Positions 54,632 to 64,000 are shown, counted from the first letter of the stretch. The stretch: DNA of 64,000 bases from an uncultured Thermotogae bacterium (GCA_964523545.1 CAZFZM010000003.1:68176-132175); one strand, 5' to 3'. Program-made: numbers and translations. The notes: generated by a model not told the origin, from the letters alone.

Positions 54632-56085
54632 GGACGATCTTCGACCACAGGCAGTGCGAGGGCGTCGGCGGCCTCTTCCCGGCTCCCGACGTCCCGACGC
54701 GGGGCGTCGAGGGCCTGATCGATCGGTCGCTCCTTCGGGTGGACGAGCCCCGCATTCCGAATCTCAGCGAACCGACCGTCGCCCGTCACTACACGGCGCT
54801 GTCGAAGCTGAATTACGGCGTCGACGACGGGTTCTACCCCCTCGGCAGCTGCACGATGAAGCACAACCCGAAGGTCAACGAGGACCTATCGAGGCTCCCT
54901 GGGCTAACCGGCGTCCACCCGCTCGCCGAGCCCGGCCTGGCTCAGGGGACGCTGGCCCTCCTCTACGAGCTGTCCGAGCTGCTCGGAGGGATCACCGGCC
55001 TGCCCGGTGTCTCCCTTCAGCCGGTCGCCGGGGCCCACGGCGAGCTGACCGGCATGTTCCTGTTCAAACGATACTTCGAGGACAGGGGCGAGACGGAGCG
55101 GAGCCGGATCCTCCTCCCCGACTCGGCACACGGGACGAACCCCGCGTCCGCGGCGGTCGCCGGGTTCTCCGTAGCGGAGATCCCGTCGAACGACGCAGGG
55201 ATGGTCGATCTTGATGCACTCGACGCCGAGCTCGACGAAACGGTGGCCGGGATCATGCTGACCGTCCCGAACACGCTCGGGATCTTCGAAGAAGGGATCC
55301 TCGAGATCACCGGGAGGATCCATGCGGCGGGCGGTCTCTGCTACTTCGACGGCGCGAACCTGAACGCGTTCCTCGGCCGAGCGCGCCCCGGGGACATGGG
55401 GGCCGACGTCTTCCACTTCAACCTGCACAAAACCCTGTCGACTCCGCACGGGGGCGGCGGGCCGGGCTCGGGGCCGATCGCCGTCTCCGAGCCATTGGTC
55501 GACTTCCTTCCCGTCCCCTCGATCGAGCGAACCGGCGAAGGGTATGCGCTCGAATGGAGCCGCCCGAACTCGATCGGAAGCGTCCACTCGTTCTACGGGA
55601 ACGTCCTCGTCGCAGCGAAGGCGTACGCATACCTTCTCCAACTCGGTGACGAGGGACTGCGGGCGGTCAGCGAGGACGCCGTGCTGAACGCGAACTACCT
55701 CCAGGAACGGCTGAAGCGGACCTACGTCCTTCCGTACGACCGCCTGTGCAAGCACGAGTTCGTCCTGTCCGGGAAGGGTCTCGCCGAAGGGATCAGCACG
55801 CTGGACATCGCCAAGCGGTTGATCGACTACGGGTTCCATCCGCCGACGGTCTACTTCCCGTTGATCGTCCGCGAGGCGCTGATGATCGAGCCGACCGAGA
55901 CCGAGGGAAGGGACGGACTCGATCGGTTCGTCGAAGCGATGGAGCGGATCGCTGGTGAGGCGAGAGAGCATCCGGAGCTGCTGCACGAGGCGCCGCACGG
56001 GGCGCCGGTCCGTCGTCTCGATCAGACGCGCGCCGCCAGGGATCCCGTGTTGACGTACCCGTTCGACGAACGCGCCGAAGGGTGA
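54628..56085 (+). CDS. gcvPB: glycine dehydrogenase (decarboxylating) subunit 2
   Basis: ATGA overlap with gcvPA. The PLP-Lys motif is NLHKTLSTPHGGGGPG. Confidence 0.93.
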   Translation: MRTIFDHRQCEGVGGLFPAPDVPTRGVEGLIDRSLLRVDEPRIPNLSEPTVARHYTALSKLNYGVDDGFYPLGSCTMKHNPKVNEDLSRLPGLTGVHPLAEPGLAQGTLALLYELSELLGGITGLPGVSLQPVAGAHGELTGMFLFKRYFEDRGETERSRILLPDSAHGTNPASAAVAGFSVAEIPSNDAGMVDLDALDAELDETVAGIMLTVPNTLGIFEEGILEITGRIHAAGGLCYFDGANLNAFLGRARPGDMGADVFHFNLHKTLSTPHGGGGPGSGPIAVSEPLVDFLPVPSIERTGEGYALEWSRPNSIGSVHSFYGNVLVAAKAYAYLLQLGDEGLRAVSEDAVLNANYLQERLKRTYVLPYDRLCKHEFVLSGKGLAEGISTLDIAKRLIDYGFHPPTVYFPLIVREALMIEPTETEGRDGLDRFVEAMERIAGEAREHPELLHEAPHGAPVRRLDQTRAARDPVLTYPFDERAEG

Positions 56086-56111
56086 AGCGTGGCGCCTGTC
56101 GCTTCTTCTGT

Positions 56112-57440
56112 CTAGGCTTGCGCGGTGCGAATCGCACTCTCGAGCGAGTCGGCGATCCGTTCGCACTCCGTCGCCTCGCTTGCCTCGACCAGAATCCGGA
56201 CGAGCGGCTGCGTTCCTGAGGGGCGCACGAGGACGTGGCCGCGCCCGGCGAGCGTCTCCTCGGCCCGGGTCACCGCATCTCGAACCCGCTCGTCTTGCAT
56301 CAGTTCCGCGGGCGACGTACAAGGGACGTTGCGATGGACCTGCGGGTAAAGGGGAATCGAACGGGCGAGCGCCCCGAGGTGCTCTCCCGTTCGATGCGCG
56401 ATCTCGAGGAGCTTCACCGCCGTCAGGATCCCGTCGCCGGTCGGTGAGTATTCGGAGAAGATGATGTGTCCAGACGGCTCGCCGCCGAGGAGGGCGGCCG
56501 TGTCGGCCATCTTCTGGGCGACGTACCGGTCGCCGACGGGTGTTCGCAGTACGTCGATCCGCTCCTCGGCGAGGCGGTTCTCGAGCCCCACGTTGCTCAT
56601 CACCGTCGTCACGACGAGAGGAGGAGTGAGCGTTCCGATGTCGGCCATGTGGAGCGCCGCGATCCCGATCATGTGATCCCCGTCGATCGTCTCACCGTCC
56701 GGCCCGACGAGGAGAACGCGGTCTCCGTCTCCGTCGAACGCGATCCCGAGGTCGGCCTCGTGCTCGCGCACGGCCCGGCGGAGCGGATCGAGACACGTCG
56801 AGCCGCATTCCTGGTTGATGCGGCTCCCATCGAGCGCGTCGTGCAGCGCGAAGACGCGCGCCCCGAGATGGCGGAGGACGTGCGGCGCGATCTTCGCCGT
56901 GGCGCCGTACGCGCAATCGACGACGATCGTCGTCCCGGAGAAGTCGACGTGCTCGACGTCGATGACTCCGGCGAGGAAGGCGGCGTACCTCGTCGCCGCT
57001 GCCTCGAGCGGGGCGATCGTCCCGATCCGAGCGGACGCGTTGGGCTCGCGCTTCATCGCCGCTTCGATCGCCGCTTCTTCGTCCACGTCGAGTTTCATCC
57101 CCCGTCGGTCGAAGAACTTGATCCCGTTGTCGCCCGGTGGATTGTGAGAGGCGGAAATGACGGCGCCGAGATCGGCGCGCTCGTCCTTGATCAGGAAAGA
57201 GATTGCCGGGGTCGGGATGATCCCGGCGAGGCAGACGTCCACGCCGGCCGAAGCGAATCCCGAGGCGAGGGCCGCCTCGAGCATCGGGCCGCTGACTCGC
57301 GTGTCGCGCCCGATGATGACGCGTCCCCCTTCCCCAACGATGCGGTTCGCCGCCGCCCGAGCGAGCGCAACGGCGAGTTCCGGCGTCAGGAGGCGGTTCG
57401 CAGGGCCGCGCACCCCATCGGTTCCGAACAGTGACGTCAT
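56112..57440 (-). CDS. glmM: phosphoglucosamine mutase
   Basis: FGTDGVRG, the phosphoserine loop SASHNPPGDNGIKF, and GGEPSGH. Confidence 0.95.
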   Translation of the reverse strand: MTSLFGTDGVRGPANRLLTPELAVALARAAANRIVGEGGRVIIGRDTRVSGPMLEAALASGFASAGVDVCLAGIIPTPAISFLIKDERADLGAVISASHNPPGDNGIKFFDRRGMKLDVDEEAAIEAAMKREPNASARIGTIAPLEAAATRYAAFLAGVIDVEHVDFSGTTIVVDCAYGATAKIAPHVLRHLGARVFALHDALDGSRINQECGSTCLDPLRRAVREHEADLGIAFDGDGDRVLLVGPDGETIDGDHMIGIAALHMADIGTLTPPLVVTTVMSNVGLENRLAEERIDVLRTPVGDRYVAQKMADTAALLGGEPSGHIIFSEYSPTGDGILTAVKLLEIAHRTGEHLGALARSIPLYPQVHRNVPCTSPAELMQDERVRDAVTRAEETLAGRGHVLVRPSGTQPLVRILVEASEATECERIADSLESAIRTAQA

Positions 57441-57594
57441 GGCATCGTCCGCTCCCTCGAGAGGCTCAGCCGGAATCCGAGGGAGGACGCGGGGAGGCCG
57501 GTGGTCGTTGCGACGAGAAATCCGACCGCGATGGTGCGAGCTGTTCGGTGTTCCATCGCGGCCGAGTCTATCGGATGGGAGCCGGGAAAGCGAG

Positions 57595-59223
57595 TTAGGG
57601 AGTGCCGCGGACGACGTCGCCGATGACCGGAACGAAACTGCTCGTCGTCAAGGCGTAGGAGACCTGCTCGCGAACCTCGGTGACGACGATCTCCCCTTTC
57701 GACGAGACGATGTCGTAGGATCGGATGCCGTTCGTCTGCGGATCGAGGACGAGGTTCTCCACGGCGAGGACCTCGAAGAGGTCACCCTCCGCCACGCCGG
57801 AGGAGGCGCCGAGGTTGATCGCGATTCGGCCGTCGGGGAGGATCGCGGCGATCTGCCCTTCCTGCGGAGCGATCTCTTCGGCGGCGGCGAGCGGCGCCTC
57901 GCGCTCGGACGCCAGCGGCGCTACGTCCTCGAGAGAAAAGAGGAGGGAAGTGGCGAGTTGGTCGATCGCCTGATTCATCGCGGCGCCGACCACGGTCTCG
58001 TCGAACTGTGGGCTCCCCACGGTGATCTCATCGGCCGCTGGAACCGACAGGCTGATCCCCGGTCGGATCTGGAATCCGACTGAATCGATGTGGGACGTTC
58101 CGTCCCACATCTTGGCTGTGTAGATCCCGGGGTTCGTCGGTAGACCGGCCACGTTTCGTTGGTCCCAGAACCACGTTTCGCACGCACCCGTGTCGATGAA
58201 TTGCCATCCGAGCCACTTGAGGAAAGCGCCCGTCGACGTGTAGATCTCGACTCCGAACCACCCTGGCGCCCCGTCGTTCCGGTAACCGAAAAGGACGTTG
58301 TGACCGGTGCTGTACCAGGCGCGGTCGGCCTGTAGCCCGCCGGCACAGATCTCGGACGGCGCCGCGGTCAGGAAAGAGAGGAACTCGCCCAGCCCGATCG
58401 AGAAGCCGGTTGTTCCCTCGTTGTGGCCCTTCGCCGACACGGAGGACAGCCCTTCCGCGTTGCGGACGTCGACGATCTGGGCGGACAGGTCGACATCGAC
58501 GGAGGCGCTGTCAATGCGAAGGAATCCCAGGTTGAGCGTCGTCTCCTGCACGTGCACACCGAAGACCGATCCGAGGACGAGGAAATCGACCCCGAGCAGT
58601 CGGCCGGCGAGCGCGACGTCGGATGGGAGGGCGGGGTTGAGCCCGTTCTCCTGCATCACCGAGTCCAGCTCGACGCGCTCGATGACCCTCAGCCCGACTG
58701 CCGCGAACCGGTCGATCAGCTCATCGGCCACGCCTTCGCCGACGTTGACGAAGCCGGAGCCGCTAGCGTCGTCGAATCGGGCGACCGCGATCCGGAGCGG
58801 AGCCAGAACCGCCATCGCATCGTCGTCGAGCCGGACGGTGACGGAGACGGATCGCGAGTTGTTGGCTTCGTCGACCTCTTCGATGCGGTTGGGCTCCCCG
58901 TCGGCCTCGACGGAGAGCACGTGCGGCCCCACCGACGCGGTCCACGTGGCCGTGAGTTCCTTGGCCCGACCGGCGCGAAGGGAGGTGAGCGGAACGAGGT
59001 CGATCTCGTGGTCGTCAACGCTGAATCGGACGAAGAACGGCTTGTCCGCGTCGCTGAAACCGGTGTTCTCGATGATCGCGGTGATCGTGACGAGGGCGTC
59101 GTCCGTCGGATCCGTCGGTGAGATCTCCAACTGCGTAACGACGAGGTCCGGAAGGGCGAGCGCGATCTGCGCGATGCACGCAATCGCCAATACGGCACAA
59201 GCGAGGACGCGTTTCGTCATCAT
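57595..59223 (-). CDS. secreted multidomain protein: CARDB-like, CsgG-like, inserted Ig-like and C-terminal beta-domain
   Basis: ATG ATG at 59223. Signal peptide MMTKRVLACAVLAIACIAQIALA. CARDB-like region DLVVTQLEISP...ENTG...EADGEPNRIEEVDEANN. CsgG-like region IAVARFDDASG...VADELIDRFAAVGLRVIERVELDSVMQE. FlgD-Ig-like insert (WFWDQRNVAGLPTNPGIYTAKMWDG). C-terminus IAINLGASSGVAEGDLFEV...GDVV. Confidence 0.7.
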   Translation of the reverse strand: MMTKRVLACAVLAIACIAQIALALPDLVVTQLEISPTDPTDDALVTITAIIENTGFSDADKPFFVRFSVDDHEIDLVPLTSLRAGRAKELTATWTASVGPHVLSVEADGEPNRIEEVDEANNSRSVSVTVRLDDDAMAVLAPLRIAVARFDDASGSGFVNVGEGVADELIDRFAAVGLRVIERVELDSVMQENGLNPALPSDVALAGRLLGVDFLVLGSVFGVHVQETTLNLGFLRIDSASVDVDLSAQIVDVRNAEGLSSVSAKGHNEGTTGFSIGLGEFLSFLTAAPSEICAGGLQADRAWYSTGHNVLFGYRNDGAPGWFGVEIYTSTGAFLKWLGWQFIDTGACETWFWDQRNVAGLPTNPGIYTAKMWDGTSHIDSVGFQIRPGISLSVPAADEITVGSPQFDETVVGAAMNQAIDQLATSLLFSLEDVAPLASEREAPLAAAEEIAPQEGQIAAILPDGRIAINLGASSGVAEGDLFEVLAVENLVLDPQTNGIRSYDIVSSKGEIVVTEVREQVSYALTTSSFVPVIGDVVRGTP

Positions 59224-59377
59224 CTGCTCTGAGGGCACCTCGTTTCGACATACACCCGGTCCTCCCGGGTTGTTTCGCACCGCACCGCCCTCGCATGGCG
59301 TACTCGAGATCGGTTCGGCGGACAACCCCGAGGGTCTTCGGCCCGAGGGATCTTTGTACATACTCGCCGGCGCATCG

Positions 59378-62122
59378 CTAGATCTGACTCCAATCGCCTC
59401 CGGAAGCGACCTTGACGGACAGGGGGACGCGAAGAGTGAGCACCCCCTCCATCTTCTCCACGATGACCGCCGTCGCCTCGTCGTGGGCCTCCTCCTCGAT
59501 CTCGAAGACGAGCTCGTCGTGGATCTGGAGGATCATCTTGACCGGGGCGCGCTGGTCCCCGATCCATCGATCGATTTCGATCATCGCCAGCTTGATGAGA
59601 TCGGCGGCGCTCCCTTGAATGGGCGTGTTGATCGCGTTTCGCCGATCGAAGTTGCGCCGCGCGACGTTCCGTGACGTCAAGCTCGGAAGCGGTCTTCGCC
59701 TTCCGAGGATCGTCTCCGCGTAGCCGGTTTCGGTCGCGCGCTCGATCATCCGGTCGATGTACTCCTTGGCCCGAGGGTAAGCGGAGAAGAAGCGGTCGAT
59801 ATATCCTCTCGCCTCCGATTGCGGGATTCCCAAGTCGCGCGCCAGACCGAACGGGCTGATTCCGTACAGAATGCCGAAGTTGATCCGCTTGGCCGCGTCG
59901 CGCAGTCGATCCGGAACCTGTTCCTCCGGAAGTCCGAACACGACGCTCGCTGTCAGACGGTGGAGGTCGAGTCCGGCGTGGAACGCCTCGATCAGGCGCT
60001 CGTCCTCGGCGAAGTGGGCGAGCAACCGAAGCTCGATCTGTGAGTAGTCGGCGGCGACGAGGCGAGAACCCTCGGGAGCGATAAACGCGGTCCGGATCCG
60101 TCCGCCGATCTCGGTTCGCGTCGGGATGTTCTGGAGGTTGGGCTCGGACGAGGAGAGTCGCCCCGTGGCGGTCGCCGTCTGGTGAAAGCTCGTGTGAATC
60201 CGGCCGGTCGACGGATGGATCGTCTTCGGGAGCTGATCGATGTAGGTCGTCAGGAGCTTCTTCAGCTCTCGATGTGCAAGAAGCTTCCCGGGGAACGGAT
60301 GCTGCTCGGCGAGGACGGAGAGCACCCGAGCGCTCGTCGAGGGTCCGGTCTTCGTTCGGTCGATGATCGGCAGCCCGAGTCGCTCGAACAGGATCTCGCC
60401 GACCTGCTTCGGCGAATTGGGGTTGAACGGGCCGCCGGCGAGTTCCATCAGGTCGGCCTCCACGATCTGCAGCTCGGTCCTTAGCTCGTCGCCCTGGGCG
60501 CTGAGGATGTCGCTGTCGACGAGAATGCCGTGTTCCTCCATCCGCGTGAGGACCGGGACGAGTGGGATCTCGACGTCGCGAAACAGGCGCGTCAGGTTCC
60601 GCTCTTCGAGATCGTGGACCAGCGGCGCGTAGAGCCGCTGCACGATCTCCGCGTCCTCGGCGGCGTACTCCGTCGCACGGTCGACCGGAACCGCGGCGAA
60701 CGATCCGTCCTTCCCGGCGACCTCCTCGTATGTCACCATCGAGTGCCCGAGGTACGTCAGGGCGATCTGCTCGAGGTTGTGCCGGCGCTCTTCCGGGTGG
60801 ACCAGGTGCGAGGCGATCATCGAGTCGAACGAGATCCCGCTCGGGTTCACGCCGTGCCGGTGAAGGACGATCAAATCGTACTTGAGGTTCTGGCCGATGA
60901 TCTTCGGCGTCTCCGATTCGACGATCGGACGAAGGGCGTCGAGAACCTCGGCGAGCGGAAGCTGCGCCGGTGCGCCGAGCCCCTCGTGCCCGATCGGGAC
61001 GTAGTGTCCAACGCACGGCTCCCCCGAAAGGGCGATCCCGACGATTCCCGCCTCGATCGGGTCGAGACCGGTCGTCTCCAGGTCGAGGGAGACGACTTCG
61101 GCGTCCCCCAGCTCGGCGACGAGCGCGTCGAGTGCGGTGCGATCGAGGACCGTGTGATAGGAGACGGGAGGCGCCGGCGCGGGAGGCGGTCGGTCGGCCG
61201 CCTCGACCGGGTCGAGGCCCAGCTCGCTCAGCGCGCTCGCGAACTCCAGTTCGGTCAGAATCCGAGCCACGCCATCCGGATCGATCCCTTGAAGGCGGCA
61301 CGACGCGGGAATCTCGTCGAGTTCGACGTCTGACCTCAGGCGGATCAGCCGGCGGGCGAGTTCGGCGTCCTCTCGGTGGTCCGTCAGACCCGCGGCGACG
61401 CGTCGGTTCCTCACCTCCTCGGCCGAGTCGAGAACGGCTTCGAGCGAGCCGAACTGCTCGAGAAGCCGTGCGGCGGTCTTGTCGCCGACGCCCGGAATCC
61501 CCGGAACGTTGTCCGACGTGTCGCCGACCAGCGACAGGAGATCAACGATCTGCGCGGGCGGCACGCCGTACTTCTCCTCGACGCCGGCCGGATCGAGGAG
61601 CTGCTGGTCGGTGTCGACACCGCGCCCTCCAGGCCGGAGGAGGTAGACGCGATCGGTGACGACCTGCGCCATGTCCTTGTCCGACGTGGCGATCAGACAG
61701 GCCAGGTCGTGTTCCGTTGCGCGTGCACAGATCGACGCCAGGACGTCGTCCGCTTCGACACCGGGCACGGAGACCGTCGGGACGCCGAGCGTCGCGAGAA
61801 GGCGCTCGATCAACGGGAGCTGGCTGGCAAGCTCCTCGGGCATCGGTTTGCGATTCGCCTTGTACTCCGGGTAGAGCTCGTGGCGGAAGGTCTCCCCTCC
61901 CGCGTCGAACACGACCACGACGTACGCCGATGGGTAGTCGCGCAGCGTGCGAAGCAGGATCCGCCAGAAGCCGTAGACGGCGTTGACCGGCCGGCCGGTG
62001 CGGGTCGTCAGCTCCGGAATCCCGTAGAACGCTCGGTAGAGGTGGGAATGTCCGTCAAACAGCAGGACGCGACCCTCGTCGAGTCGATCGGGAATGCGAA
62101 GAAGCTCTTCATAGGTAGGCAT
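59378..62122 (-). CDS. polA: DNA polymerase I
   Basis: 5'-3' exonuclease (LLFDGHSHLYRAFY), 3'-5' exonuclease (VSLDLETTGLD) and polymerase motifs (DYSQIELRLLAH, QIHDELVFE). Confidence 0.96.
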   Translation of the reverse strand: MPTYEELLRIPDRLDEGRVLLFDGHSHLYRAFYGIPELTTRTGRPVNAVYGFWRILLRTLRDYPSAYVVVVFDAGGETFRHELYPEYKANRKPMPEELASQLPLIERLLATLGVPTVSVPGVEADDVLASICARATEHDLACLIATSDKDMAQVVTDRVYLLRPGGRGVDTDQQLLDPAGVEEKYGVPPAQIVDLLSLVGDTSDNVPGIPGVGDKTAARLLEQFGSLEAVLDSAEEVRNRRVAAGLTDHREDAELARRLIRLRSDVELDEIPASCRLQGIDPDGVARILTELEFASALSELGLDPVEAADRPPPAPAPPVSYHTVLDRTALDALVAELGDAEVVSLDLETTGLDPIEAGIVGIALSGEPCVGHYVPIGHEGLGAPAQLPLAEVLDALRPIVESETPKIIGQNLKYDLIVLHRHGVNPSGISFDSMIASHLVHPEERRHNLEQIALTYLGHSMVTYEEVAGKDGSFAAVPVDRATEYAAEDAEIVQRLYAPLVHDLEERNLTRLFRDVEIPLVPVLTRMEEHGILVDSDILSAQGDELRTELQIVEADLMELAGGPFNPNSPKQVGEILFERLGLPIIDRTKTGPSTSARVLSVLAEQHPFPGKLLAHRELKKLLTTYIDQLPKTIHPSTGRIHTSFHQTATATGRLSSSEPNLQNIPTRTEIGGRIRTAFIAPEGSRLVAADYSQIELRLLAHFAEDERLIEAFHAGLDLHRLTASVVFGLPEEQVPDRLRDAAKRINFGILYGISPFGLARDLGIPQSEARGYIDRFFSAYPRAKEYIDRMIERATETGYAETILGRRRPLPSLTSRNVARRNFDRRNAINTPIQGSAADLIKLAMIEIDRWIGDQRAPVKMILQIHDELVFEIEEEAHDEATAVIVEKMEGVLTLRVPLSVKVASGGDWSQI

Positions 62123-62615
62123 CGTCGGTCGGACCCACTCCTTGTCGGTCGAGCAGGTAGCAAAGCGCGAGGGCGAGCCCGTCGGCCATGTCGTCCGGCT
62201 TCGGGATCTCCGGCAGGCGGAGGAGGCGCTTGACCATCGCCTGGACCTGCGACTTCGGCGCCTTCCCGTAGCCCGTGATCCGTTTCTTCACCTGAAGCGG
62301 CGTGTATCCGCGGACCGAGAGATCGGCGGCGGCCATCAGGAGGACGCCACGCGTCTCTGCCGTGCCCATCGCGGTTTGCGCGTTCGTTGCCAGGAAGATC
62401 TCCTCGATCGCGACGCCGTCCGGACGGTACGACTCGATCAGCAACCGTGCCTCGCGGTAGATCGTCCGGAGTCGATCGGCCCGGGGAGTCCCCTTCTCCG
62501 TCTCGATCACTCCGCCGGCGACGACCTCCCATCCACGGCCGAAGGCACGAACGATCCCGTAGCCGGTGGTCGCCAGACCCGGGTCGAAGCCGAGCGCCAC
62601 GAACCCGTCGCTCAT
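62109..62615 (-). CDS. ruvC: crossover junction endodeoxyribonuclease RuvC
   Basis: Internal ATG at 62615 (MSDGFVALGFDPGLATTGYG). ATGA overlap with the upstream gene and a 14-nt overlap with the polA start. Confidence 0.92.
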   Translation of the reverse strand: MSDGFVALGFDPGLATTGYGIVRAFGRGWEVVAGGVIETEKGTPRADRLRTIYREARLLIESYRPDGVAIEEIFLATNAQTAMGTAETRGVLLMAAADLSVRGYTPLQVKKRITGYGKAPKSQVQAMVKRLLRLPEIPKPDDMADGLALALCYLLDRQGVGPTDDAYL

Positions 62616-63064
62616 GTCAGGAGATCCCTCAACGTCGTCCGGCCGGTCTCCTCCGTTTCGCAGGCGTGATCCGGGTGCCGGTTGAGGTTGACGCCGCACG
62701 CCGGACAGAGGCCGCGGCAATCCTCGCGACAGACGACGTTCGGCTCGTGGGCCGAGAGAACCAGGCGTAGGACGACCGGAAGGAGATCGACCGATTCCGC
62801 GCTCGGTGGAATCGGCACCTCGAATACCTCGTCGAGTTCGAGCGTCGTCTTGACCGGCTCGAGGCAGCGGCGGCAGGGCTGGATCAGCTTCGCGTGGAGT
62901 GTCACCTCGAGGTAGAGCGTCGACAGCTGAGCGAACGCCTCGCCGGCGAGCTCGATCGAGTCGACCGTGCACAGGCTTTCCGGATCCTGCCCGCCCTTCA
63001 ACGTCGTCTCGATCGGGAACCGGCGTCCGGGGTTGCCGAGGAACTCAGCGACTCGCAGTGACAT
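62612..63064 (-). CDS. YceD/DUF177 family protein
   Basis: 150 aa with paired Cys motifs (CRRCLEP...CREDCRGLCPACG), as in the 23S rRNA accumulation protein YceD. Confidence 0.75.
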   Translation of the reverse strand: MSLRVAEFLGNPGRRFPIETTLKGGQDPESLCTVDSIELAGEAFAQLSTLYLEVTLHAKLIQPCRRCLEPVKTTLELDEVFEVPIPPSAESVDLLPVVLRLVLSAHEPNVVCREDCRGLCPACGVNLNRHPDHACETEETGRTTLRDLLT

Positions 63065-63905
63065 GGTCTCGAAGGCGGGCCGCGACGTCGGCCGTTCGCC
63101 TTCCCTCCTTCACGTCGTGGACTCGGATGATCGATGCGCCGTTGAGGATCGCGGCGGCGTTGGCGACGATCGTCCCCTCGATCCGTTCGTTCGGCGGAGC
63201 GTCGAGGATCGCTCCGAGGAACGCCTTGCGGGACACCCCGACGAGAACCGGTCGGCCCAGCTCGGCCAAGCGAGGGACGTTCCCAAGAAGCGCGAGGTTG
63301 TGTTCGAGCGTCTTGCCGAAGCCGATCCCCGGGTCGACGAAGATCCGTTCTTCGGGGATTCCCGCCTCGACGGCGGACCGGGTCCTCTGATCGAGGAACG
63401 CGCGGACTTCCTCGACGACTTCGGAGTAGGTCGGATCTCGCTGCATCGTCTCTGGGCTCCCTTGCATGTGCATCAGGACGACGAACGCGTCCGCGCGCGC
63501 GACGACCGCGGCCATCCTCTCGTCGGAGCGGAGTGCGCTGACGTCGTTGACGACCCCGGCGCCGAGGCGGATCGCCTCCTCGGCGACGTCCGCCTTGGTG
63601 GTGTCGATCGAGACGCAGACGGGACTTCGCCGGCGGATCCCCTCCACGACGGGAAGGACGCGCTCCATCTCCACCTGTGCGGCAACGGCCTGGGAGCCGG
63701 GACGGGTCGACTCCCCGCCGACGTCGACGATGTCGGCTCCTTCCTCGGCCATGCGTACGCCGCGCTCGATCGCGTCCTCATGACGGGAGTACCGACCTCC
63801 GTCGTAGAAGGAATCCGGGGTCACGTTGACGATCCCCATCACCAGCACGCGATCGCGCCTGCCCTCCCACTCTGCCAGATCGATCATCGGATCAGAGTAT
63901 ACCAT
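63045..63905 (-). CDS. folP: dihydropteroate synthase
   Basis: GIVNVTPDSFYDGG, DVGGESTRPG, DPGIGFGK and RVHDV. An alternative start is 63887. Confidence 0.93.
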   Translation of the reverse strand: MVYSDPMIDLAEWEGRRDRVLVMGIVNVTPDSFYDGGRYSRHEDAIERGVRMAEEGADIVDVGGESTRPGSQAVAAQVEMERVLPVVEGIRRRSPVCVSIDTTKADVAEEAIRLGAGVVNDVSALRSDERMAAVVARADAFVVLMHMQGSPETMQRDPTYSEVVEEVRAFLDQRTRSAVEAGIPEERIFVDPGIGFGKTLEHNLALLGNVPRLAELGRPVLVGVSRKAFLGAILDAPPNERIEGTIVANAAAILNGASIIRVHDVKEGRRTADVAARLRDHVTASR

Positions 63906-64000
63906 CGCGTCATTCCGCTGGCAGTGCCAGGGTTTGACGAACAGATCCGGGCTTTCTACAATCTCGCAGTATCGAAAGACAGGGGTGATTGAGATCGCCA

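Overview
This is a 64 kb stretch of high-GC bacterial chromosome. Hand counts of 60-nt samples give about 70% GC in the core genes. I support 62 CDS, and most are housekeeping genes: gyrB, murE, murF, trkHA, xthA, ispD, prmC, ftsEX-like, nth, fmt, def, recG, pyrH, tsf, rpsB, dnaB, gcvH/PA/PB, glmM, polA, ruvC and folP. I found no rRNA, tRNA, CRISPR array, transposase, integrase or recognisable phage gene. The many long ORFs lying antisense to these genes are high-GC artefacts.

Three segments deserve a second look:

1. **16.7-23.0 kb, lower-GC island.** GC is about 58-60%, with a 38% GC promoter patch. It carries a decaying dTDP-sugar operon on the minus strand: a SAF-domain dehydrogenase, an orphan protein, a 15-codon nucleotidyltransferase remnant, rfbC and rfbB. 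It also holds two noncoding stretches with repeats and hairpins, a small protein and a CGNR zinc-finger regulator.

2. **26.4-36.7 kb, divergent catabolic cluster.** It encodes a fold-type-II PLP enzyme, a P-loop NTPase fused to a PNPOx-like domain, a hydantoinase, a GntR/FadR regulator, carbamate kinase, two tandem YgeW-like carbamoyltransferases and a lone molybdenum-hydroxylase large subunit. It resembles a reduced, rearranged relative of the E. coli ygeW-hyuA-yqeA-xdhD neighbourhood. It contains a duplicated promoter/operator. It also contains a striking tandem array of covarying hairpins and exact 19-nt boxes in the leader of the carbamate kinase operon. This array is my best candidate for an undescribed regulatory element.

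3. **Unusual secreted multidomain proteins.** These are PKD plus transglutaminase-like, PKD plus TlpA thioredoxin, and CARDB plus CsgG-like.

Everything here is read from the sequence and the ORF track. No database search was run, so family names are motif-based calls. All ORF coordinates include the stop codon.
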